DNA of 64,000 nucleotides, from NCBI GenBank assembly GCA_965644295.1, contig CBFFRP010000178.1, positions 1 to 64,000 of the forward strand, given 5' to 3'. Source of the DNA: Paraphysomonas bandaiensis (lineage: Eukaryota > Protista > Chrysophyceae). The notes under the pieces are model-generated. The model was not told the origin of the DNA. It did not search any database and worked only from the letters and a program-made list of their open reading frames with translations. This document shows, one piece after another, positions 40,877-52,131 of this stretch (position 1 is the stretch's first letter; every line of letters begins with the position of its first letter). A program made the translations under genes and the position numbers.

Positions 40877-41680
40877 ATGTCTCTAGTGCCAACCGGGGCA
40901 CATATTGTTGAGTCATCAGTGCAGTCTGTTGAAGCAATTAGTCGACAACTATTACCGAAGCCGACTCACGAAACAAGGCTCAAAATTAAGAGAGCGGTTC
41001 AACAGAGAAAGCTTGACGCAAAGACGAAGAGATTAATGAAAGATCGAATGGAGTGTGATAGAATAGAGTCCGTATTAAACCAGTACAAACCTACTATTCC
41101 CTCAGCACGGTCGACATGCTCTTCCTCAACGCCAGCTACTGTGGAAACTCATTCCACGACTCGCAAATTTCCGACACCTGTAGTCCGAATTCTAGATCTG
41201 CTTGATTCTGGCATGAAATCTCATCCCTCGAACATACTGCTAGGTGGGAAAATGGATATATCACAGAAAGAGATAAGCATCAGAATATCTTCCTTACAGG
41301 AATTACCCCAAATGGATGTTCAAGGGAACGTTGTCTCGAAAGATAGTTGCTCTTCAATCAATGCCGTGACGATTTCAGAGGGAATAAGGTTGCACAAAGT
41401 AAATGACATGGTGATCAGTGCAGCCCATCTCCACGAGGGTGTGGTTGAATTTCTACATAGGACATTTTCCTGTGAAAACGATTTTCTCATTTGTCATTTC
41501 ACCATGGGACCTCGGAAAGTATATCCCCTCAGTCCAGTGACATTACAGTACGATATGCGTGATAAAAGACAGACTCCTACAATCCGACGGTACATGAAAT
41601 TACACTTTGTAGAGCCTTGGAAATGGCTTACTGTTGGTCAGATTTCCTCTTGGATTAGCATGAAAACGAGAGAAAAATAA
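40877..41680 (+). pseudogene. Probable C-terminal part of the element's transposase (267-aa ORF)
   Basis: Inside the TIRs, on the same strand as and downstream of the GHGK remnant. Ends WKWLTVGQISSWIS, which resembles from memory the C-termini of such transposases. Confidence 0.5.
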
Positions 41681-41912
41681 CGTCCTTTCAGTCCTTCCCT
41701 CTCCAGAAATCGTATGATAATTGTAACACATTTATGAATGATAATAACTTTAAGTAGTACAAAACAAAAAAAGGTATCTGGTACAATCAAATCTAAGAAG
41801 TAAAAACAATAATATATAAATATACTCTTAACAAACATTAAGATAAATATGTTAACATTCAATAAAGAACAGTGCCATCCATTTGTTTCACCTGATTATT
41901 AAGTCCTTGTAG

Positions 41913-42384
41913 CAGGGCTAGGAAACAATATATTGCAATACTGTTGTTAAATAGGGTTGTATTGACGGAGTATCCGTACATATGAGTATCACTATTCAGT
42001 AAGTAAACACATCAGTAGATTCCAGTTTTAGTATTAGTCATTAAAATCACATGATATCCAAAACCACTACTGCATTGGCGTTCAAGTGTATTGGAAGTAC
42101 ATACTACAAGACTCGTGCACCTGTACTTAGATATTTCAATCTTTCATTTCTTAATTTTTTTAGCTCACTGAAGAAATATTTCCGCATAGCCAACCTCAGC
42201 TTCATCATCATCTGTACTGTTACATTCGCTGTCTGTACGGAGATATATTCTAACAGCATCTTTCCCAGATCTTGTCAACTCAAATTATTCGCTTGCTTGA
42301 ATTTTTTCAAATTCCATTCTCAGAATTCGGATCACTAGCAATGGAACTGTTTTCTTTAAAGCAGGTTTGGGATACCTAGCCCCG
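41913..42384 (-). mobile_element. hAT-derived element nested in the Sola-type element
   Basis: Ends CAGGGCTAGG and CCTAGCCCCG. Internal sequence (gtattggaagtacatac...actcgtg.acctgtacttagatatttcaat) matches the hAT remnant at 12650-12705. Confidence 0.65.
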
Positions 42385-43474
42385 AAGTCCATCAACAAGC
42401 CGCCAAAAATGTTCCGGTCTTCATAAATATTCACTTGACTAGAGTCTCCTGTTTGAAGTAGCTTAGAAACGCTTTCAAACTTTCTCAGGTCGTCTACAAG
42501 CAAAGATCTGGGGGCTTGTGGGGTGGTCCATAGCGGTGCCTATGGTATTACAGAAAATAAAATAGGGGTACTTAATATTAAAATGTATTAAATCACATAT
42601 ATATATGGCAATGTAACGTTATAGAAAAAATATATTAGACACATGGTTTATAATGTACCGGAAGTCTACTTTGCACTCTGGGGGTGATCTATGGGCGTCT
42701 GGGGTGGCACGTGTCGGTGCATGTGATAGCGGTACAATTAGAAGGAAAATATGTTTAAGACGTATATAAATGCTAAATTACGGCTTCATTAACAATGTAT
42801 ATATAGTCTACAATGTATCTGTCGTGTTGGTCACCCTCTGAGGGTCGTCCAACGCTCCTGGCGGTTGCAATCTATAGGAGGCCGATATCTGTACTGTTAT
42901 GACATATTACAATAATATCTTTCGATAAAATCATCTATTTCTTAGATCATACGCTGCCATAGTAAATATACTTATGATGCATGCACTTTAATGTCTCTGA
43001 AGGTGGTACATGCTGTCGAGCTGCCTGTAAGTGACTGTATCTTCTACATACATACACACATATTCAGAGTCTCATGTGCTGTTCCACTGTATTGTATACC
43101 GGTATACAGCAGTATACTCATACATAAAAGTGGTGGTGATGGTGAGTGTGAGTTTGGGTGTGGTGATGATGAGGGCCTGTTTTTTTAGGACGAGTGGGAC
43201 CATCTACGGTCCTACAAGTGGAGGGTTGGTCCACTTTGTCGAAAAACGTCTCATTGTTAATTGGGTTTTCCACCCTTTGCTCCACCTTTTGTTTTTTTCG
43301 GATGTTGCAGTTTTGGAAGTCCTCCAATCCACAAGTTTTTTTGCAACCATAAACCATAAACATTAGAAAAACTCGATTTTTGAAAATATATAAATACAGT
43401 ACTTAAGATTTTACTCAGCAATCTTGATGGAAAAGTCGAGAACTTTGTGCTAAAGTATGTTGATAGTATCTTCA

Positions 43475-43789
43475 GTCGGCATCATATTTTTCGGATATAA
43501 ATTGAAGCAAATATATTCTATATTACTGTAATACAACTACGGCTGGAATACAGATATTTGTTGTCTCAATATTAGAGGCATCTTTAAACAAAAATATACA
43601 AAGGATGCTGATACATTTCACACATATTCATTTCTACAATGATCCATACGTATCATCATCGTTAGTATATTTTTGTTCAAAGATGCCTCTAATATTGAGT
43701 CAACAATTATCTGTATTCCAGCCGTAGTTCTATTACAGTAATATAGAGAATATTTGCTTCAATTTATATCCGAAAAATAAGATGCTGAC
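43475..43789. repeat. Inverted pair of ~135-bp dispersed repeats (copies D and E)
   Basis: 43475-43612 is in reverse orientation and 43666-43789 is forward, so they could form a long hairpin. Copy E ends about 65 bp before the kinase ATG. Confidence 0.9.
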
Positions 43790-43854
43790 AACCGATACGA
43801 TATAAAGTATATGCTACATGTAGCTATTTATAACTATAAATCTATATCAGTAAT

Positions 43855-45030
43855 ATGGGAGTATCATCATCAATAGATAAAGATAGAAATAGTTACTATG
43901 ATGATCCACTAAAAGATGAGGATACACCATATCATGATCCAGATTTACTTGAATTAAAAGCACAACCAGCTGATGCTGAAGATGGAGATTACTATCGACC
44001 TCGATGTCATATAGCTACCGTCATATGGTATAGATATGATATAATTAGAAATATATGGATGTGGTCACCAGATACTCATGTAAAAAAGATATGGATGGAT
44101 GTCACTGAAACAGTAGTACGTGAAGGATATTATGCTGGTTTAACTCCTGTACCACAAAATGTAAAAATTATAAATGCATTGCGTCGATTAAATCCACGAC
44201 CGCGATTGCTTAAAAAGGATACGAAGCGTCTTATTGGAAGTGGTGGATTCGGTAAAGTGTACTCGTATGAAACAAACAGAACGGGGAATTCTTTTCTCAG
44301 ATCTAAAGGCTTTGTCAATCCATCTTGGTGTGCAGTCAAGTATATACCGTACAGTAATGATGGGAGTATGTCTAAGGTCAGTGAAGAAGTCGCTATATTA
44401 CAGTCCATTGCCGAAGGGTCTGTCGACAGTATTGTGAAGTGCTGGGACGCTGTTATTGACAAAGGACGGAAATGCGTACAAGTGTACATGGAACATTGTG
44501 ATGGCCATATTCGGAGTCTATTCCCATTTGACAACAACGCATGTCTCAGACTTTTGATTGACATGATAGATGCATTAAAATTTATTCATGGGTGCAAAAT
44601 ATATCACCGAGACATCAAACCCGAAAATATTCTTTATGTCACACGACCAGATGGGCGTCGACGATATAAAGTGGCAGACTTTGGCCTCGCTAGATACGCT
44701 GAAACCGTGGGGCCTGCAAGGTTGAATCCAGGTTATTTTGCTGGTACCTTTGGATATCTGTCACCAGAAGCGTTATTGCGTTGTAACTATGAGAAAACAG
44801 ACATTTGGGCAACGGGAGTCGTATTGTATGAAGGGCTCACCAAAACCATGCCATTTCAAGATGTTGCTGAACTTTTGGATCCGTCATCGTCATTCAGACC
44901 TGCATTGCCCCCAGACGTATTTCCTGTTTTGGAGGATGTAATAAGTTCTTGTTTAATTATCTCTGTCGCAGACAGGCCTGACATAGAGGAGCTGCAGTCT
45001 ATTTACTTAGAAGGGCCGCCAGGACGTTGA
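43855..45030 (+). CDS. Intronless Ser/Thr protein kinase with MGxxxS start and Trp/Tyr-rich N-terminal domain
   Basis: GSGGFG, AVK, HRDIKPEN, DFG, SPE and DIWATG are all intact. Confidence 0.93.
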   Translation: MGVSSSIDKDRNSYYDDPLKDEDTPYHDPDLLELKAQPADAEDGDYYRPRCHIATVIWYRYDIIRNIWMWSPDTHVKKIWMDVTETVVREGYYAGLTPVPQNVKIINALRRLNPRPRLLKKDTKRLIGSGGFGKVYSYETNRTGNSFLRSKGFVNPSWCAVKYIPYSNDGSMSKVSEEVAILQSIAEGSVDSIVKCWDAVIDKGRKCVQVYMEHCDGHIRSLFPFDNNACLRLLIDMIDALKFIHGCKIYHRDIKPENILYVTRPDGRRRYKVADFGLARYAETVGPARLNPGYFAGTFGYLSPEALLRCNYEKTDIWATGVVLYEGLTKTMPFQDVAELLDPSSSFRPALPPDVFPVLEDVISSCLIISVADRPDIEELQSIYLEGPPGR

Positions 45031-45049
45031 CGGCACACCCCGCGATAAA

Positions 45050-45255
45050 ATGAAGCAGTGTATGATACCAAACACTTCTGGCTTCTGCAACGCCTTTCAG
45101 AAGGGAGAGTGCGATCACGGCGACGGCTGCAGCTTCACCCACGAGTTCGGTGAGGCCACGAAATGCCGGTGTTCCTCGTCCTCGTGGAGTGTGCTATGCT
45201 TTCCAGAGAGGCGAGTGCATCCGCGGAGAGGGCTGCTGATTCAGGCACGATAATG
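45050..45255 (+). pseudogene. Tandem CCCH zinc-finger fragment
   Basis: FCNAFQKGECDHGDGCSFTH, then in another frame GVCYAFQRGECIRGEGC*FRH. Confidence 0.8.
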
Positions 45256-46114
45256 AGGGCTCTCGCTCCAAACGCCCTGCTGACAGACTTACAGAAGTTG
45301 TGGCTTCTAAAATTAAATTAACCTTCATATTTATTTCATATCATCCAGAATAAATTCTTTTTCGTCTCTCTTGCACTAAGCAGCTAGTAGCTACCCGCCA
45401 GCAATGCGTACAAGTAGCTATTATTTTGTACTTATACAATTACTAGTAGCAGCGCATCCTCGTGATCTATTGATCCTCTCTGCGTGCTGGCTTCCTCCGC
45501 TTCTTGGGATACACTACTAGTATGGGATCTATTTTTCCACCTAGTCAATTTGGTGGAACTTCGTAGTCACACCGAAAATGGTGTAAAACCCTAGTCAAAA
45601 GGTAGAAAACTCTAGTCAATAATTACTAAGATTTTTAACATTACAATATGACTAGGTTGACTAGGTGGAAGTGGGTATTCACCTAGTCAAACAGGGGAGC
45701 ATACTGTAGCCATAAATTCAAAAACTCGAATGCTATTTGCCTCACATTGATGTAAAGCACATGGCGGGCACTATCAAATTATTACCACTGTATATTTTAA
45801 ATATCTTAAAGTAAGCTCGTAGCTTATAGTACTTGTTGGGGTCTATAGTTTTACGTTTTACGTAGTTGTTGTATAAGTTTCAAGCAAGTATTAAGTTGGG
45901 GATGTTAATGTTTTCATATCGTTGGAATAAGCAATTCTCTAGCTAAGCACCAAAGTTATGTGCGTCGTTAATAGAATATCCATCAGTCAGATGTGGCAAA
46001 TGGCAAAGTAATAAAGAGCAAAGATAAACCACACACAAAGAATACACTCTTAACAGAAAAAATATCTAATGACTACCTCGAACACTACTAAATGTTTATC
46101 GAATTGCTATGAGA

Positions 46115-47892
46115 CTATGGAAGTAAAAGATAAGCAAAGGATACTTGATCTTCACCAGTGGGTACCACGGTTAACACATGCTGTCCTATAGGTAACGTAT
46201 CATCAATATCAACGCACAGCCAGGTTTGCGAATCCTTAGGGTTCTTTTGTGTGTACGACAACCTTTTTGCATGACTCGAATCAAACACAAACGAATCTTT
46301 GTTTTCGACGTTCTCTGTCAAGTATAGCTCAGTATCACATTCCCAAAAATTCTTGAAACCTTCGGGGAGTTTTCCCCAATTCCCAGGTGGCTGACACAAA
46401 AAAGAATTTCCAACCTTTCTCACTTGAATGTGTAACGATAACTGTCCATTCTCCTTATTTCCATGCAACATATACTTGAAATCATGATACCCTTGCGATT
46501 TAGCCTTTTTTATTATCTCCGGGTCCGTATGCATTTCAAATATTGATAGCTCAAATCCTTTCGTCCCATCCTTATTGGGTATAACTAAATTCTCTAACGA
46601 GAACTCATTATTCGAACGAGGCTGGAAAGAAGTGTAACAACGCACACCATTATACGGAGAGTCAAATATCGGAGCGGATGGCATATAATGAACTTCAGCC
46701 TTGATATGCTTATCCACGAGTGCTTGGAATCCTTTGAGGTTTTGCTCGGAGTGTGATAGAATCGTGGTGATGGCATCTTTAAATATCAACAGCCAGAAGT
46801 AAGAAAATTGAGCTGCACGAAGTTCATGACCCAATATACTGGGGTGCCAAGGAGCGGAGCAGCAACCCCAGTCTGGAATATATGGGCCATGACATTTGTA
46901 TTCCTCATAATGACCATGGTTCCAGACCTGCATCAACAGCATCAATCACGATACACGTATACTAATAACACTCAATACATAATATATACCTGTATTCCAG
47001 CACCTCTGTATTGATCAATGACATCTACAAGAACATTCCAGTGCTCCCTCACTGCACCTTTATTGACTTCGGTAGCAATTTCCTGGGGCGTATAGAGTAA
47101 AAGATACTTAAATATAAAGACATTTAATGCAACTTTCACCTTAGGATTAGACTGCAGAAATCTGATGCTCTTCTTTTCATCATCCGATATTTTCACAGGT
47201 TTTTTGTCTTTGCAGTCTTCTTCCCTCCAATTCGGCATATATGAGTTTGAAAAAACTACTACGGGACGGGATTTCAACTCCATAGATTGGCGCACAAAGT
47301 GTTCGAAAAGGTCTTTCTTACGGTTGTCTCCTGCGTCGCAGTTGAAACTTTGCTCCCAGTGGATGATATCAGCGTCAGTTCCAGCAAAAGCATTGACACA
47401 TAAATCATAAGGAATGCAAGGATTATTGCCAAGTGCAACATTTCGAGACACTACTTTAATATTCACTGCCTCAAGTGCAGGAGCCATAAGACGACCTGTT
47501 CGTTCAGAGAAAGATTGATTGAATGGTGTATCATGTCCAGCAGTAACAGATGATCCCATCCAACTTATTACAAATTGATTATTAGGAATATTTAATAATC
47601 CTTTTAATATTTTGCTTTGAAATTTTACTCTATATATACATATATATACACACTGTAAGTATATATTATGAATAAACTAGTAGTTAGTATACCTTAAAGT
47701 GTCCCAACTAGATGGTGGCATAGCTACACTTTTTAAAAAATTAGGATAGTTTAATATATTCCATCTAGTAGATAGTGTAGTTAGTATATTGTTAGTAGCT
47801 AGTAGAGAGTTTTGTAATTGAGTAATCTCTGTATGTTTAGTAGCATATGTCATATGAAATAGAATAAGAATAGAATAGATAGATAATTTCAT
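46115..47892 (-). CDS. Secreted SGNH-hydrolase-like hypothetical protein, multi-exon
   Basis: Signal-peptide-like MKLSIYSILILFHMTYA, block I-like GSSVTAGHD, RNVALGN, DIIHWEQ and WHPSILGH. Confidence 0.7.
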
Positions 47893-47984
47893 TGTGATAT
47901 TAAGTGATAAGAATGAGTGAGTTATATATATATGTATGTATATATAACCCTGAAGCTTAATGGATATCACTCGTATGGGCAGCA

Positions 47985-48110
47985 GGCATCATATTTTTCG
48001 GAAATATATTGAAGTAAATATTCTCTATATTACTGCAATATAACTACGGCTAGAATACAGACAATTGTTGTCTCAATATTAGAGGCATCTTGGAACAAAA
48101 GGATGCCGAT
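47985..48110 (-). repeat. ~135-bp dispersed repeat, copy F
   Basis: Reverse copy ending about 93 bp upstream of the ATG at 47892. Confidence 0.9.
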
Positions 48111-48681
48111 ATGCTGTGATATCATGCTTTGAAGGGTCGGGAATATGTTGACCTGGCTATAAAATCCTGGTTTTCTTAGTGTATTTTGTGTTTTGATGAT
48201 AAACAGATTGTATAAACAATGAAAAAAGGGCGATTTTTAGATTGTCGAGATATTTCATTGGTAGAAATCCATATGAACCCATACCACTCTCATATCCCAA
48301 CTTCACGGAGTATCTCCAGTTTTAGAACTCAAAACCGGGATATTTGATATACTACACAAGTTTTCTCAGTGCCTACCGCATACGTACTGTACTATACAGA
48401 GTACAGGTACAGTGTATACAGTATATATATAGCTGAATTCTTAAATATCGAGTATTTTTATAAAGTTGATCCTAAAATCCTACATATCTAGCTTACTGAA
48501 TTAACAAAATGCCATATATTGAGATCTACTCTCACACATTTAAATCAATACAATACAAATATTTAAATCTCATACAATCATACTATAAACACACGACACT
48601 GATAATCTCATATCAATCTTCATTAAAAACAATTGAAATCATTTAAATAAAATTTGATTTTATTCATACTTTATTATAAAA

Positions 48682-51585
48682 ATGAATGATTTAATGGAAG
48701 TAAGTGAAAATTTCGTATATAGAACAATAGCTACGTCAAGTCCTCTGTATGAACGATACATACTACGAGAGAAGTTATTCACTCAACAATTTTGTAATAT
48801 TTATAATATTCGTTTGAATGAAATGAAGTCTCAATTAAGGTACATGTAACAGAAGGGGTATATATGTATATGTATATTGAGTATATAGAGACATATATAT
48901 ATATATATTGAAGTGCATGCATGCATGCATACATATACATATAGCGAAGTGTGTATGCCTATATGCATATATATATATTGAAGTGCATGCATGCATACAT
49001 ATACATATAGCGAAGTGTGTATGCCTATATGAGTATATATATATTGAAGTGTATGCATACATATAGCGAAGTGTGTATGTCTATATGAGCACATATGCAT
49101 TGAATGTGTGTATACATATACATATAGCGAAGTGTGCCTATATGCATATATATATATTGAAGTGCATGCATGCATACATATACATATAGCGAAGTGTGTA
49201 TGCCTATATGAGTATATATATATTGAAGTGTATGCATACATATACATATAATGAGGCGTGTACACGTATATATGCATACATATATATCCATATATATCAC
49301 ATGAGCCTCATATATACGTCTGTTATCTACAGGAATCACGCTATTAAAAAATGGGGAAATGATACTAAAATATACAGTCAATTAATCGATACAGAATCCA
49401 GTCAAGATGACTGTATAGATAAAACTGCAGTAGTAATTGGGACTATATTTAAAGATTTACGATTACGTCCCTCTGTATGTATGAATATATTCAAATAACA
49501 CTATATAATAGTTATTCTATTATGATTTAGGTATTAACAGAGTATCGTGAGAGTGGACTTGTACCAGATTCAATTGAAAATTTACATTTAAATTATTTTT
49601 CAGAGGTATAACTATAAGTATATATATGTATATAGAACAGCATATATAACAACTACATGGAACTATAGATAACTATCATTATAACTACTTGGTTTAATAT
49701 ATATAATTATAATTACATGATTTAATGGTTATATAATATATGTCACTATAACTATAACTACATATATATAACCCATTCTTCAGGACGATAAAGTATTTCT
49801 AGAGGATGAGTCCGGTCGAATAACTCTAGAGGGTCTTGGAAGTATGAAACACACAATAGTAACTGGTGTTACCTGTGCAATGAAAGGCACTGTTCAAGAG
49901 GGTGGTTCTTTTAAAGTAAGTTTTGGAACACTGAAACCTTTATTATTTTTAATATGTACAGCTATTAGTATTCACTTTGTCTAACTTATATGAATGCATT
50001 ATGGCAACACTATATATACAGAAAATAACGTGATACCTACTTACTTTTTGCAGGTCGAAGACACATGTTTTTATTACGCTCCGGATACTGTTCCGCTGTC
50101 TTCACCCTGTATCTCCCCCAATATAACTCCATCCAGTCGTTTCATTGTTTTAGTGTCTGGTCTTGAACTAGGTAGCACCCCCACTGAAGCCAATTCAATG
50201 CCCTATGAGTTATCTCTTCAATTGCTGGCGGATTTTATTGGTGGAAATTTGGGGGGTGATGATGAAGTCAATTTAGCATCACGTATAGTAAGGTGTGTGT
50301 CGTCTAATGAGCAAGTTGCGGTACTTATCGAATTGCGTATATACATAATTGTTGTATTTTATGATGTATGCCAGTCTGTATGTTATTACGGATAGATGAC
50401 CCAATTGTGCAAGTACACTCTGCATAGTATTCTAAAGTCTGTATATCTTAATCATTTTGGCCTCAAATGTCTCTTCAGGCTAGTGGTGGCTGGGAATTCC
50501 ATGGCTACTATTGATGCGCAATTATTGAGTAACAAGTGAGTCCGTATTACGGCTATATTATCGGTGTAAATCTTTTATCTTTCGTAGACATTTGAACGCC
50601 AAAGAGCAAAACGAAGTTTGTTCACCAGCAAAGCAGGTAGAAAATAATAAGTGGCATGATATGTTGGATTATATAACATTTACTTGTCACGAACTTAACT
50701 GTGTATTAATGCCATGTTCTATAGTTGGACACATTTCTGTGTCAGATACTTTCATCTTGTCCTGTGGACTTGATACCAGGTTGTAAAGATCCCACCAACA
50801 ACAGTCTCCCTCAGCAGGTATTTGCACGTTGGCATCAATGTAGCTACGCTTTTAACTTGGTATCGCAGCCGCTAAATCCTGTTTTACTGCCGAATTCTTA
50901 CCGTTACAACACGTTTACCGCTACCACGAATCCATATGAGTGCATGTTTAATAGGGAGATCGAAAATGGCGACAACAGTTCGTCAGAGCATATTGTTTTA
51001 GTTGGCCACTCTGGTGAACCCGTAGATGATATCGCCCGCCAAACGGTATAATGTTTATACATTATTTATGTGCAATGTGTACAGCGCTCCGCGCTGTAGC
51101 GTTTTATTCATCAGCTTATGTTTGTACACAGCGGACATCTGAGGGCGAAGACTGTAGACAGGCCGCAATTGACATTCTTGGTGATACACTTAAGTGGGGT
51201 CATGTATGTCCAACAGCTCCAGATACTGTACCGTGCTACCCATTCGACAAAACCGATCCGTTTATCATAAAAAATAAACCAAGTATAATGTTTGCAGGGA
51301 ATCAGGTAGATTAGTGATGAGTGTATAGTGACTTCGCGAATCTGTATCTTGTAACTTTAACTTCTTGACACTGTAGGACAAATACGAAACGAGATTGCTT
51401 TCTATTGCGGGGAGTAAAACGCTTCTTGTCAGCATTCCCAAATTCAGTGTTTCGAGGTATAAAGGAATGCCGTTGTGTGTCGCATGGTATTCATTATGCG
51501 GAGAGCGTGTTTTGATTCTTTGCGTAACAGGGAAGCTGTTTTGGTTAACTTGGAGACTTTGGAATCGCACGTGATGCGGTTTTGA
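48682..51585 (+). CDS. POLD2: DNA polymerase delta small subunit, multi-exon
   Basis: QQFCNIYNIRL, VIGTIFKDLRLRPS, FLEDESGRI, VDLIPGCKDPTNNSLPQQP, HVCPTAPDTVPCYPF and FAGNQ. Confidence 0.95.
48893..49250. repeat. Intronic minisatellite, ~60-bp unit, about 6 copies
   Basis: Unit approximately atatatatattgaagtgcatgcatgcatacatatacatatagcgaagtgtgtatgcctatatg, in POLD2 intron 1. Confidence 0.92.
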
Positions 51586-52131
51586 TGTATTATATACTAC
51601 AGGAGTGAATGGGTGGTATATTTTATCATTGCCGCTGGTTAGGGTTGTGAGTAACTGCAGTAATATAGTATGCTGTATCAATAATAATGCATTAATAGTT
51701 GTCAAATTTGGAAAATTATAGGGTCAGGTGGTTGTTAAGTGTTAAGGTATAACTTTAGCTGAGCACTAAATTGGTTTGACACAGCAACTGATTTCATCTT
51801 GAATTTAGTGTACTTGTAACTCAATTATGTTGCATTGTGCTATATATTGCAGACAGTCATTCACACAATTCACACATATATATATAACCAAGCAGTAGTG
51901 CAACAAGTGTCTCTGCTATAAAACAATTACAAAGTAATATATCTTATTAATAATTTAAAAGTTCAGAAAATTGTTTAAAATATAGGTAATTGTAATTGAT
52001 CATCACCGTATTTGCTATAAAAGTAAAAGCAATGTCGTCATCTTCATAGTGTGCGTCAATTATCGAATAACACTACTCAAAATGTAATTGCAAAAAGTAG
52101 CAACTGGCTACCTGATATGCAGCATATGTTT

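Larger units (their letters stand above)
40050..43252 (+). mobile_element. Sola-type (probably Sola2) DNA transposon, defective
   Basis: 26-bp TIRs GAGACGTTTTTCGACAAAG(C/T)GGACCA. 4-bp duplication ATTG at 40046-40049 and 43253-43256. GAG...CTC termini. Internal remnant GHGKCRSDTITAFIKGTVKR (~40476-40535). Confidence 0.8.

Noticed and set aside
33308-45030. Calling the island an endogenous giant virus or Polinton
   Set aside because: No capsid, packaging ATPase, PolB, integrase or other viral hallmark gene is visible.
48893-49250. Regularly spaced repeats resembling a CRISPR array
   Set aside because: The whole unit repeats with no unique spacers, it lies in a POLD2 intron and there are no cas genes. 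It is a minisatellite, and the ORFs called over it are artefacts.
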